Shown here: in pieces, positions 49,391 to 59,900 of the stretch
Layout of the letters: each line of letters starts with the position of its first letter
Numbering within the stretch: the first letter of the stretch is position 1
Source: Nitrospirota bacterium
GTDB taxonomy: Bacteria > Nitrospirota > Thermodesulfovibrionia > Thermodesulfovibrionales > Dissulfurispiraceae
Direction: 5' to 3'
Length of the DNA: 64,000 bases
Assembly (NCBI GenBank): GCA_963790025.1
Contig: CAWBMP010000004.1
Location: forward strand, 1,024,001 to 1,088,000
Position numbers and translations under genes: made by a program
Notes under the pieces: model-generated
The model's input: the letters and a program-made list of their open reading frames with translations, nothing else
Told to the model about the DNA's origin: nothing
Database searches by the model: none

Positions 49391-49707
49391 TACTGCCGGT
49401 CCTCTTGCTGACCTGGAGATCGCAGAAATGGTCCGGATGGTTTCACAATTACGGTCTCCTTGTGTGCCGGATAAAATACTCCTCCCCTGATTGCTCCAGG
49501 AACAATAATTTCTTGGAGTATTTGTTCCTCCCAAATATATTTATATGGTTCGGAATAGGGGGTGAGTGTTTTATTTGCCCCTTTTGCTATATCTGTAACG
49601 GCTGTCTTCTTTCCCTCCTGAAAGCCTCTCGAATAATCGTCAGTAGTTGCGCATCCATAGGCAGCAAACAAAATAATCAGGCATGAGAAAACAGTTTTTT
49701 TATTCAT
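49390..49707 (-). CDS. Small lipoprotein (TraV-like or pilotin-like)
   Basis: Lipobox 'AYGC'; 'IIVPGAIRGGVFYPAHKETVIVKP' beta motif. Confidence 0.6.
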   Translation of the reverse strand: MNKKTVFSCLIILFAAYGCATTDDYSRGFQEGKKTAVTDIAKGANKTLTPYSEPYKYIWEEQILQEIIVPGAIRGGVFYPAHKETVIVKPSGPFLRSPGQQEDRQ

Positions 49708-50191
49708 GCCTTTTTGATCTCCATACCTTAAGCATATAGCCGTCCTGGGTCAGAAACGCCTCATCCGGTGCAAGCATCTTTGTTGTGACCAGGCCTTTTT
49801 TAACATAATCAATTTTATACCGGGCATCATAGACGTTAAAAGAATACGCATGCATGCCTATTATTACTGGCTCTTTGTTGAAAAGCATATAGTATGCTGT
49901 CAACGCATCATCTTTAAAGAGAAAAGGCATATTCCCCGATTGAATCAAAGTTCCATCCTCTTCCTTAAGATCAGTTCTGTAGACCGTCAGGATTATGTCA
50001 TCGCCGAATGAAGGAGAAATTATTGAAAAGCGTGAAGGTATACTATATTTTTCTCTTAAAACTTCAATCTTGTCGAGACCTTTTCCCGATATGCCCGCTC
50101 GCTCATATCTGGAAGTCCTCACTATTTCCTGTCCGAGACCAAAACCCGGCACTAATGTCAAAATAAATAGAAATGTTACCAAGCTACGCAT
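49700..50191 (-). CDS. Exported hypothetical protein
   Basis: Signal peptide from ATG 50191; operonic overlap. Confidence 0.55.
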   Translation of the reverse strand: MRSLVTFLFILTLVPGFGLGQEIVRTSRYERAGISGKGLDKIEVLREKYSIPSRFSIISPSFGDDIILTVYRTDLKEEDGTLIQSGNMPFLFKDDALTAYYMLFNKEPVIIGMHAYSFNVYDARYKIDYVKKGLVTTKMLAPDEAFLTQDGYMLKVWRSKRHE

Positions 50192-50825
50192 TCTCAATAT
50201 TCCCTGCAAATAGCCCCATCCTCGAAAGAAGGTGGGGATCGGCGCCAAGAGGAAAACTCAAGAAGCGGACCTGCTTCTGAAATACCTTTGTCGGCAATAC
50301 TACCGGCCAGAATCCCAGGTTATAGCAGATAGACATATCTATGACGATATTGTCTGAATTTATCAGTATCGACTCTCTGTTACCGCATTTGGCATAGGAG
50401 AAATCTATTTTCCCTATCAAGTCGTAAATACTGTTTTTTTTGACGGCTATATAGAGAAAAAATTTCTTTGTTGCCACAATATGCGAAAGCTCCCTTGCTG
50501 ATAATAGTTCAGGCGCATCAGTTATTTGATCTTTTAAATGCATCACTTTGCATAAAGCGTCGTCGTAAATTGTTTTCATTCTGTCCATAACGTAGGATGG
50601 ATATAAAAATGTTTTAATGTTGCGTCCGGCATATTCGAGAGCAATATTTGTTCTGACAGCTATAATTGTTGAATCAAAAAATTCGTTCTGGATAGCCTGG
50701 TAGCTGCTGATATTTTTATTGACGGGGTCGCTTTTGAGGTATTTGGAATCAAAAACAAATCCGAGATGCCCGTCAGCCAATATCGATATCCCTTCCTCTT
50801 CCTTCCAGTACGGGCTTATATCCAC
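50184..50825 (-). CDS. Hypothetical protein
   Basis: 213-aa ORF coupled to traV stop. Confidence 0.55.
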   Translation of the reverse strand: MDISPYWKEEEGISILADGHLGFVFDSKYLKSDPVNKNISSYQAIQNEFFDSTIIAVRTNIALEYAGRNIKTFLYPSYVMDRMKTIYDDALCKVMHLKDQITDAPELLSARELSHIVATKKFFLYIAVKKNSIYDLIGKIDFSYAKCGNRESILINSDNIVIDMSICYNLGFWPVVLPTKVFQKQVRFLSFPLGADPHLLSRMGLFAGNIENA

Positions 50826-51244
50826 TAATCCTCCCTCTCACCGGCAGTATTTTTCTTATAATTGTCAGAAGGAACTATAGTATCCAAGCCTGTCTCACGC
50901 GGCGTCCACCAGCTTTCTCCTTTGACAACAGCCCATACATAATGCTCTCCTATCAGACGTCCCATTGGTGATTTCATAGGTGCTATATAGATGCGTATTA
51001 CTTTTGCTGGCAATCGCATAGGCATACCCGGCGCGGCATAGCCGGTCATTCTATCCGTCCCGTTTCCCTTCCGCTCCAAAAGTCCCACGGTGTTATTCAG
51101 GGTTTCATTCACTTTATCCCTGACTGCCGGGGCATCAGTGTCGTTTTTTCTTTCTATTGTTCCGCAGCCACTTAAAGAAACAAACATAAATATAACGGAG
51201 ACATAAAATATTAAGCCCGTTCGACTTTTCCACCGATTGTTCAT
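50825..51244 (-). CDS. traV: TraV-family T4SS lipoprotein
   Basis: Lipobox 'LSGC'; 'PMRLPAKVIRIYIAP...G.L...HYVW.VV....W'. Confidence 0.8.
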   Translation of the reverse strand: MNNRWKSRTGLIFYVSVIFMFVSLSGCGTIERKNDTDAPAVRDKVNETLNNTVGLLERKGNGTDRMTGYAAPGMPMRLPAKVIRIYIAPMKSPMGRLIGEHYVWAVVKGESWWTPRETGLDTIVPSDNYKKNTAGERED

Positions 51245-51260
51245 TTACCCTCCCAATAAA

Positions 51261-51276
51261 ATATTACTTCTGTCTT
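51261..51276 (-). promoter_or_regulatory. Conserved backbone motif copy 6 (core only)
   Basis: GAAGTAATAT on - strand, 17 nt upstream of traV. Confidence 0.4.
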
Positions 51277-51693
51277 TCCACTTTGTTATTCCGTGGAAGC
51301 TATACTGACGTAACAAAGCATGATAAAGAGTTTGTACAAAAGCTGGGTTGAGGTTATCCCAACCTCCCCGCTTCCACGGCACCACCTGTTACCACTGCTG
51401 CTATACGAATAGCAATCACAGCGATAAACACAAACAACCCCGTCCACCTTGACTGCGTTTGGGATCACTTGCAACCCAATGTCACTTACGGTTCGGGAAT
51501 TTGCCATAATTAAAATAATTTTCCAGCATTGTAGATGGTCTTACGGGACAAATTGTGTTTATTAGGGAGTTGATTACAAGTAGTGGGAATGCGCCGCCCC
51601 AAATTATCGATGATTACATGCACAGAGACATGAAACATTAATTAATCCCAAGGAAACGGCACTGAAAAACTTTAAATATCGAAGATCATATCG

Positions 51694-52854
51694 TTACCTG
51701 AATTCCACGCCGACAAAGTATTCGTCTTTCTTCGCAGTAATCCACCGTACTATGCCAACAGTTTTGTGTCTATCTCCTATCTGTATTCTTGTGTCTGTAC
51801 CGACTGAAACAGGTGCATGAAGAACGAGCTTGCAGCCGAAAGGAGATATCTCCTTCACTCTTGCTTCCTGTCCTGATTCAACTTTGTCCTTTATAACGAA
51901 ACATCGTGCCTGCATATCGCAAAACGTTCTTCCGGCTTTTCTTCTTTCTATGCCGGCATAAGCTCCCTTTTTATCTATCAATTTCTTATGTGTAAAAGCA
52001 AAAGATCTGTCTTTATAGATATCTGCGCTTTCGATTATCTTTTTGTATCCATACGCATTTACAAAAAAAACGGTTTTAAAATTGTCAGTTTTTGGAATAG
52101 TTTCGGCGGTGCCCAAGAAAAGATAGCCGCCTCTCTTCAGATTCCCGGAACACATATCAATAACTGTTTGCTTGGAATTGTTATCAAAATATATCAGGAC
52201 ATTTCTCAGGAAGATCATATCCATATTGTTGAATTCCTTGCATTTCTCACAATCCATAAGGTTACATGCCTCAGTTACAACTAACTTTTTGACAGTATCG
52301 TTTACCATGAAAAGATTATCCGCCGTCACAGTAAAGTATTTTCTTCTGATCTCATCCGACGTGTTTCTTAGAGAGTATTTATCATACACTCCCCTCCGAC
52401 CTATGGATAGAACGTTCTCATTTAGATCAGTAGCAAATATTTTTATGTCCCATTCAGATATGACATGCCTGAGTTGTTCCGCAAACAGTATTGCGAGTGT
52501 ATATGCTTCATCGCACGAGGATGCTGCAGCCGACCATATCCTGACCTTTTTTTGAACACTATTCATCCCCAGCAGTTCAGGGACGATATTTTTGCTTATA
52601 GCTGTGATTTGATTGTCGTCTCTGAAAAAACATGTTTCATTGACGGTAACAGAATCCAGCAATGACTGCCACTCCTGTCCGCTCTCATTAGAGGAAAGAT
52701 ACCGCATATACTGGCCGGGATTACTGCGGCCGGTATGAGCAATTCTCTGTGACACCTTCGTTTCAAGCGACTGACGGTTCCTGTCTGTAAAGAAAAGGCC
52801 GGATTTTTTGTAAATAAGGTCTCTCAACTCGACAAATTCGTTATCAGAAAACAT
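51694..52854 (-). CDS. cheR: CheR-type methyltransferase with C-terminal PilZ domain
   Basis: 'TVNETCFFRD', 'IWSAAASSCDEAY', 'ATDL', 'RNVLIYFD'; PilZ 'ERRKAGR...EISPFG'. Confidence 0.85.
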   Translation of the reverse strand: MFSDNEFVELRDLIYKKSGLFFTDRNRQSLETKVSQRIAHTGRSNPGQYMRYLSSNESGQEWQSLLDSVTVNETCFFRDDNQITAISKNIVPELLGMNSVQKKVRIWSAAASSCDEAYTLAILFAEQLRHVISEWDIKIFATDLNENVLSIGRRGVYDKYSLRNTSDEIRRKYFTVTADNLFMVNDTVKKLVVTEACNLMDCEKCKEFNNMDMIFLRNVLIYFDNNSKQTVIDMCSGNLKRGGYLFLGTAETIPKTDNFKTVFFVNAYGYKKIIESADIYKDRSFAFTHKKLIDKKGAYAGIERRKAGRTFCDMQARCFVIKDKVESGQEARVKEISPFGCKLVLHAPVSVGTDTRIQIGDRHKTVGIVRWITAKKDEYFVGVEFR

Positions 52855-52877
52855 TCAGGCAACCTTTCTTTGTCATA

Positions 52878-53753
52878 TTATTTCATGCCTTGAGCAAGCA
52901 CTCCAATGTCACTGTCCGCCTTATCAAGATCAAGAACAAACTTCAGCAATATATCTTCATCAAGGTTGGGGACCAAACCCTTAATCATCCTGAATGATTC
53001 GGTCTCTGAAAGCATAACTCCCGTTTTATCCCCGCTAAAACCGAACCCCTTGACCCTTGCCATATGGTTTGAAAGCGCCGTTACTGCCACAAGGGCCTTA
53101 TGTTCATTTGTTGTATCTATTACGGAATGATGTTTCGAGACTGCCTCTGTCAGGCCACTTGAAAAACCCCATTTCTCTATTAGCCAGCCGCCAACAGTTG
53201 CATGTGATACGCCCATGGTGAGGACCTCAGCCTCATAAAGCGAGATATTGGAATCGTGGGTGAGCTTAATTACCTTTGAATAGATGTCATGGAAAAATCT
53301 GTCAAGCACTATTATCCCGACATCATGCACAAGGCCGGCTAAATATGCTTCCTCATGTATTTTTAAGTCGAAGGTTTTGCTGAAAATACCGGCTATCAGA
53401 GCAGTTGCCATTGAATGTTTCCAAAATGCCAGGGTATCTATGAGCCACGCAAGGCGATTTATTGCGCCGCCAATAATTGCAGACCTGCAAATGGCTTGGA
53501 GATTTTGGATGCCGATCAGTTCAATAGCATGATCGATCGAAGAAACCTTGAATGGAAGTCCGTAATAAACAGAGTTAACTGATCTTAATACATTTATACT
53601 TAGAGAAGGGTCTTTTTCTATGATATCGCTCAATGCATTGATATTCAGGTTTTCCTGGTCCATCAACCGCAGCAAATCAGACACATTATGCTCAAGCGCA
53701 GGAAGAGCTTTCTTTATCTCATCGACCCTGACTTTAAACTTATCTATAAACAT
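52878..53753 (-). CDS. HDOD-domain protein
   Basis: 'LPAL', 'KDPSL...VNSVYYG', 'FWKHS', 'AGLVHDVG', 'WGFS...HH'. Confidence 0.9.
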   Translation of the reverse strand: MFIDKFKVRVDEIKKALPALEHNVSDLLRLMDQENLNINALSDIIEKDPSLSINVLRSVNSVYYGLPFKVSSIDHAIELIGIQNLQAICRSAIIGGAINRLAWLIDTLAFWKHSMATALIAGIFSKTFDLKIHEEAYLAGLVHDVGIIVLDRFFHDIYSKVIKLTHDSNISLYEAEVLTMGVSHATVGGWLIEKWGFSSGLTEAVSKHHSVIDTTNEHKALVAVTALSNHMARVKGFGFSGDKTGVMLSETESFRMIKGLVPNLDEDILLKFVLDLDKADSDIGVLAQGMK

Positions 53754-53764
53754 ATAGCGTATTT

Positions 53765-55435
53765 CTATGCCCGCCCGGTGACCTTAAATTGGCTCATGTC
53801 CTCGTTAAGAACTAATGTAAGATTTAATAAATTGGTCGCCTCCTGTTTTATTTGGGCAGATGCGGTGCTTGTCTCCTTTGACACCGTTGCCACCACCTCG
53901 ATGTCACCGCTTATTTGTTCCGAAACACTTGACATCTCCTCTGTTGCTGACGCTATCTGCTGTACCATCGACTGAAGCCCGCCCACGCTCTCAAGTATCT
54001 TGTGAAGACTGACCCCGGCCTGGGTGGCGAGGTCCACCCCTACCACTACCTTCTTTGCACCCTCCTCCATGGACCCGACGGCTGTATCCGCCACCTGCTG
54101 TATCGCCCTTATCATGTCTCCTATTTCCGAGGTCGAATGCGCGGTCTTTTCAGCAAGCTTTCTCACTTCATCCGCAACCACCGCAAATCCTCTTCCCTGC
54201 TCCCCTGCACGTGCGGCCTCGATTGCGGCATTCAGCGCCAGAAGGTTCGTCTGGTCAGCTATGTCCTTTATCACATTAACGATGGCCCCTATTTCCTTTG
54301 ATTTCTCTCCAAGTGACTTCATTGTCTGCGCAAGACCTTCAACCGTATTTGCTATTTCCTGTACCTCCTCCACGGTTTTGTTCACAACGTTAGCCCCCTC
54401 ATTTGCTGTTCTTGAAGTGTCTGTTGCAGCTTCTGAAATGTTTGACGCATTTCTTGCTATATCAATCACTGTTTGGGACATCTCTGCTGAGGCTGTTGCA
54501 ACCTGTTCTGCCCTCGACACCTGCTCCCCCACCCGTTGAGTCAACTGAACAACTGTTGCGGAAAACTCTTCCGACGAGGACGCAAGACGATTGGAAGTGT
54601 CCGAGAGATCACCTATTATTTTTTTCAGGGACTTCTTCATGTTGTTAAGGGCTTCAGCAAGAACGCCGACTTCATCTGCAGACTTTATGTCGAGATCGTC
54701 GCAGGACAAATCGCCACGCGCTATCATATCAGCCATGCCGATGCTTTTCCTGAGCGGGGCGATGATGCGAACGGTTATAAAAAATCCCGCAAAGAAATTT
54801 GCGGCCGATATGCAGATCATAAATGCTACGGCAACCCAAAGAATATTTTTTAAAACTATGATTACATCATCCCGATAAATTCCGGTGCCGACGATCCATC
54901 CCCAATTCTTGTAAAGCTTTATGTAAGAAACCTTCGGGACCGGTTTGGACTCTCCGGGCTTGGGCCACATATAATCTACAAAACCTTCTCCTTTGTCCTT
55001 GCATACTTTCACCATCTCGATGAAAATGTGTTTGCCGTTCGGGTCCACATTATCAGTCAGCTCCTTTCCATCCAGTTCGGGTTTTATAGGGTGCATTATC
55101 ATCGTCGGATGCATATCGTTTATCCACAAATATTCCTGGTTGTTATAGCCGTACCGCAAATTCTGTATTCTTTCCTTTGCCCTCTGCTGGGCCTCTTCCA
55201 CCGTCAATTCACCTTTCTGAACACGCCTGCCATATTCATCCATCAGATTATAAGCCAGGCTCACTATGTTTTGTATACCCGTTTGTTTCTCGACTATTAA
55301 CTTTCCATTAATATAAGGCAGCAGAAACAATAAACCAATCAAGACGAATAGCACAGACATAAAAGGCATGATCGATATTTTCCAGCGCATAGACCAATCA
55401 CTGAAATTGAAAAAACGCCCGATGTTTCTTGCCAT
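53765..55435 (-). CDS. Methyl-accepting chemotaxis protein (sCache_2, HAMP)
   Basis: '[38 protein letters not shown]'; Cache 'YLWIND...MHP...WPKPG'. Confidence 0.95.
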   Translation of the reverse strand: MARNIGRFFNFSDWSMRWKISIMPFMSVLFVLIGLLFLLPYINGKLIVEKQTGIQNIVSLAYNLMDEYGRRVQKGELTVEEAQQRAKERIQNLRYGYNNQEYLWINDMHPTMIMHPIKPELDGKELTDNVDPNGKHIFIEMVKVCKDKGEGFVDYMWPKPGESKPVPKVSYIKLYKNWGWIVGTGIYRDDVIIVLKNILWVAVAFMICISAANFFAGFFITVRIIAPLRKSIGMADMIARGDLSCDDLDIKSADEVGVLAEALNNMKKSLKKIIGDLSDTSNRLASSSEEFSATVVQLTQRVGEQVSRAEQVATASAEMSQTVIDIARNASNISEAATDTSRTANEGANVVNKTVEEVQEIANTVEGLAQTMKSLGEKSKEIGAIVNVIKDIADQTNLLALNAAIEAARAGEQGRGFAVVADEVRKLAEKTAHSTSEIGDMIRAIQQVADTAVGSMEEGAKKVVVGVDLATQAGVSLHKILESVGGLQSMVQQIASATEEMSSVSEQISGDIEVVATVSKETSTASAQIKQEATNLLNLTLVLNEDMSQFKVTGRA

Positions 55436-55543
55436 CTTGTTTTACCTCCAGTTGGTACTGCTCATGGTTAAGTAGAACCCCACCGATCTATCTGCCTTGT
55501 CTATTAGCTTTCCATGATACGACTATCTTTTCAGCACATTTAT

Positions 55544-55858
55544 CTAATTTAAGGATTTTGGATAATGCTGCAAATATTCTCCCTCACATTGTTCAAATAA
55601 TAAAATACTTTCAGCATATTTGAAATGTACTCTAAATATGTTTGTCTCGAGTTCACGTTGCGATGCTCCCAAAGCTCTGAATGCTTCAATATATTCATTC
55701 AGGCTTTCAAACAGCCCTTCAAGACTTTCTCTGAAAACATTACAATTCTTTTTTATGGCAATGCTTCGTTGCCTGGATTCATCTATGAGAGATTTATATT
55801 GTTCTTTGTCACTCTCAGACAGAGTTGCAATATAGTCTTCCAAATTATGATATCTCAC
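55544..55858 (-). CDS. Hypothetical helical protein (likely GTG start 55858)
   Basis: AGGAG RBS before GTG; the longer track start lies inside the riboswitch-like leader. Confidence 0.5.
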   Translation of the reverse strand: MRYHNLEDYIATLSESDKEQYKSLIDESRQRSIAIKKNCNVFRESLEGLFESLNEYIEAFRALGASQRELETNIFRVHFKYAESILLFEQCEGEYLQHYPKSLN

Positions 55859-55907
55859 TTCGCTCCTGTAGCATCCCAAAATTAAATGCCAAGCTGTCTG
55901 TATCCTT

Positions 55908-55990
55908 TTAGGCAACCGGGGCATCTTCATTACAATTAAGATCCGAAGCTTTCCGCCTCCTTCCTCCTTAGGAGGGTGTCGGCCTTTGCT
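55908..55990 (-). ncRNA. Probable c-di-GMP-I (GEMM) riboswitch
   Basis: - strand GG-CCG-ACAC-CCTCC-TAA-GGAGG...CGG-AAA-GCTTCGGATCTT...AAGATGCCCCGGTTGCC follows the GEMM-I P2/AAA/P3 layout; P2 loop atypical. Confidence 0.6.
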
Positions 55991-56018
55991 GCGATAAATG
56001 AATTTTTTTGCCTATGGT

Positions 56019-56047
56019 ATGTTAAGATAACGTATCCTGAGTATCAA
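56019..56047 (-). promoter_or_regulatory. sigma70 promoter for the riboswitch-MCP operon
   Basis: TTGATA-N17-TAACAT on - strand just upstream of the riboswitch-like element. Confidence 0.55.
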
Positions 56048-56088
56048 TATTAATTAAATATTAGGGTAATATTAGCTTAAAACTAATA

Positions 56089-56964
56089 TTATTTAATTGA
56101 CAATAAATATGTTCTTAGGTTGGTTTTTGTGTTATTTAAGCCAAGCTTTGCCCTTATATTATTTCTGTGGAAGTCGACTGCCGCCTTTGATATATTTAAA
56201 ATTTCTGCAATTTCCTTGGATCTTTTCCCTTCTTTGATAAAATTAATTACCCCAATTTCTGCCTGAGTGAGGTTTTGATATTGAGATGATAATCTCATTG
56301 AAAATGGTGAGATGATCTCAAGAAGACTGGATTCAAGAAGGTTAAGGTAGGATGCATATCTCTGGTCTGCCTCACCTTTCTTCAATTGTTCTATACATGG
56401 CAAGATGATTTTTTGTACGTTTGAAATAATGCGATTTTCAAGTTCTTTCTTGTCTTCCTCTCTCTGTTTCAGCAACACCTTCAGTGCAGTGTTTGCATCC
56501 GAAAGTTCATTTGTTCTTCTCCAGACCCTTTCTTCTAATTCATCGTGTGCTTTCTGTAGCTCTATTGTCAGTTGTGCCTTTTCCCGGTCTATTTTATATT
56601 TATGGAGAGCAACTTCTACCACAATTCGCAATTCTTTTGTTGTGAATGGTTTCAAAATATATCCATACGGTTCGGTTATCTTCGCTCTTTCAATGATATT
56701 TTCTTCGGAGTGGGCTGTAAGGTATATCACCGGCACGCCATAGTCTTTATTCATGCGACAGGCAGTCTCAATCCCGTCCATCTTCCCCTGCAGACTTATA
56801 TCCATCAATACCAGGTCGGGTCCCGCTTCTTTGATGCCCTCAAGTGCCTCTTTTCCGGAAGCATAGGTGCCCACAACAGCATAGCCCATTTCTTCCAGGT
56901 CGCTCTTTATTCGCAACGCCAGTATGCCTTCGTCCTCAACTATCAGTATTCTCTTCTTTTCCAT
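56089..56964 (-). CDS. Response regulator, REC + coiled coil + LuxR HTH
   Basis: 'ILIVEDE', 'LMDI', 'YLTAH', 'KPF'; 'LT..E..V...G.RSKEIA..L...V.FHR.NIR.KL'. Confidence 0.92.
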   Translation of the reverse strand: MEKKRILIVEDEGILALRIKSDLEEMGYAVVGTYASGKEALEGIKEAGPDLVLMDISLQGKMDGIETACRMNKDYGVPVIYLTAHSEENIIERAKITEPYGYILKPFTTKELRIVVEVALHKYKIDREKAQLTIELQKAHDELEERVWRRTNELSDANTALKVLLKQREEDKKELENRIISNVQKIILPCIEQLKKGEADQRYASYLNLLESSLLEIISPFSMRLSSQYQNLTQAEIGVINFIKEGKRSKEIAEILNISKAAVDFHRNNIRAKLGLNNTKTNLRTYLLSIK

Positions 56965-59900
56965 CTTTATTTCCTATTGTGAACGTTACGAGAGCTTCAG
57001 TCCCTCCATCACTTATTAGTTGCAGGGTCCCCATTAGCTGCTTGGCCAAAACATCCACGAGCTGAAATCCCAGAGTAGTTGTTTCTTTATAATCAAATCC
57101 TTCCGGCAAGCCAACTCCGTTGTCTTTGATCGTCAACGCATAGGTGTTCTCCGCCCTTGTAAAATAGACGCTTAATACCCCCCTTCTATTGTCAGGGAAT
57201 GCATACTTAAAGGCATTGGTGAGGAGTTCATTAATTATTAGTCCGCATGGGACTGCCGACTCCAGGTCAAATTCTATGTCCTCAATGTTGAGGACCATTG
57301 TGATCAAGTTGTCGTCGATATGGTACAGGGCCATTATCTCCTGAATTATTGAGTTGATGTGGTCCTTAAAGTTAATGGATGATAAATCTTTTGTCCCGCA
57401 GAGTTTTTCATGCACCAAAGATATTGACTTAACCCTCTGCTGGCTCTCTTCAAATAGGTGCTTTATATTGGGGTCTTTTATAGCGTTTGCCTGCAAAGCA
57501 AGAAGGCTCGATACTACTGCCATGTTGTTCTTGACTCTGTGATGAATCTCTCTGAGAAGGGTCTCCTTTTCTCTGAGTGATTGCCTTATCTGCTTCTCGG
57601 CGTGTTTGCGATCAGTAATGTCGCGACAGATGCTTAACATGGCGGGTCTGCCTTCGTATTCAACAATGCGGCAGTTGATTTCCGTGGGAATCACCGTGCC
57701 GTCGCGTTTCATTTGAGCGGTTTCGAATATGAGTTCGCCATCTTTCTGTATCTTATTAATGCGCTGGCTCACCAGGTCTGTATATTCAGGCGTATCTAAA
57801 TCAGCTGGCTTCATCCGTAACAGTTCCTCTTTATTATAGCCAAGACGATCGCAGGCTACATTATTGGCCTCAACTATATGCCCCGGCAAATCAAGGATCA
57901 ATATCGCGTCGTTTATACTGTTGAAAAGGGATTTGAATTTTTTCTCTGATATTATTAATGCCTCTTCAGTATGTTTCCTGTCGGTGTAGTCATCGACAGC
58001 TACGATAACATTCGGCTGGCCGTCAAACTGATAAGGTTCTGCGCTGATGCTCAGCCAGCGCTGTTGGGGGATGCCACTGACAAGCAATTTGAGATTTATC
58101 AGTACCCCGTGCATTTTCGACCCTTCGGCTATTACATTTTCTATGCCTCTGCGTAAGTTGCAATCGGGACATGACATGGAGAAACCGCAGCCTCTCGGGT
58201 CCTCAAGGCTGTGAATACAACCTAACCCTCCACCGGCGCGCATCCCGATAACTTCTGCCGGCTCACGCACCACCATCCCTCTGATGGCCTCGTTTGCCCG
58301 AGTGATGACCGTCTCTCTGTTCAGCAATAGAAGACCCACAGGCGCAGCCGAGAATATTCTCAAAAAATTCTCATGGTCTTTTTTAAGCTGCCCCACTATG
58401 CGCTTGTGTTCGGTGACGTCTCTGGTTATGCCGAGCAAGGCAACAATCTCGTCTTTATCATTACGCAACGGGACCGCATGAGTTTCAAACCAAATATGCG
58501 CGCCTTTAAGACCAATAGCCTCAAACTCAAGAGTTCCTGATTCGCCTCCGAAAACATCTTCGGTCAACGACTTGAATGCCCCCCGATATTCCTCGGTCAC
58601 CAATGTATAAACACTCTGTCCTTTAATTTGCTCCAGGCAATCGGCCTCTATCATCGAAAGTCCCGCACGGTTCATTTGAAGGACCCTACCATTGGCATCG
58701 AGCAGTTTAACGCATTCCGGCTCGGTTTCAATAATTGTTTGCAGGAATTTTTCACTTTCTACAAGTGCTTTCTCGGCCCGCTTGCGTTTAGTGATGTCCT
58801 CCACCATGGTTATGAAATAAAGGGGTTCATTAGTTTCTGAACTTAGAAGGGAGACAGTTAAATTGACCCATAAAATGCCGCCACTCTTACTCAAGTAGCG
58901 TTTCTCTATTGAAAAAAACAATATCTTTCTCTTGAGCAACTGCTCGGCCTGTTCAGTATCCTTCCCTGCATCGTCAGGATAGGTAATGTCACAGACTGAT
59001 TTTGTAGTGAGTTCTTCTTCTGAGTAACCGACGAGCTGACACATTCTGTCGTTTACCTTTTTGTACCGTAAGTCCAGCCCAACCATTGCCATTCCGAGCG
59101 GTCCATTTTCAAAGATCTTCCGGAACCGTTCTTCGGTCTCGCGAAGAGTCTGTTCGGCACGTTTGCGTTCGGCAATATTTTGTCTGAGCTCTTTATTAAG
59201 CTTTATAATTGTCAGATACCGCCATAATGCCATGCCGCCAACAGTTATAAACAGAAAAATGCCACCCACGGTGACTATTCTCTTAGTTGTCCAATAAGGG
59301 ATCGGCTTGCCGTACCATTTCATATAAATCTGCTGATATTCAGGACCTCCCACAAAACCTCCTATCGTCCTGTTCAGCAGTTCAAGCAATGCAACGTTGT
59401 CCTTGCGCACTGCAATGCACCTCTTAGCTTCGTCAAGTGGCTTACCGACCTTTTTTATGCGCCCTTCTAACCCCGACTCTCTGGCAAGTTCCAGAATTAT
59501 TGATTCCGGGCCTGCGAACAAATCGATCTTCCCGGCTAAAAGAGCAAAAAGAGCTTCCTGTAAATTATCATTTTGGACAAAACTTATATTTGGGCGATCC
59601 TTCAGCTTGTCATAGGTAGCGCTTTTTTTCAAAAGTCCCACCGTAATTCCCTCGGGCAATCTATCTGCATCTATACTGCTTTGAGAACGAACAAAAAAGG
59701 AGATGTAGGATATATCAATCGGAGTGGTAAACAGGAGGTCCTTTTTGCGCTCTTCGCTGATAATCATACCACTGAGGTCCGCTTCGCCTCTTTCCACCTT
59801 ATCTATTATCGACGGCCAGCTATTGTCACACATATAATATACTTGAAGCCCCGCACGTTCAGCGACTTTGTCCATAACATCAACAAAAAAGCCTGTTGGT

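Noticed and set aside
51286..51507. 73-aa Cys-containing ORF
   Set aside because: No RBS or family motif; another frame gives a short TM-like stretch, so probably a decayed fragment
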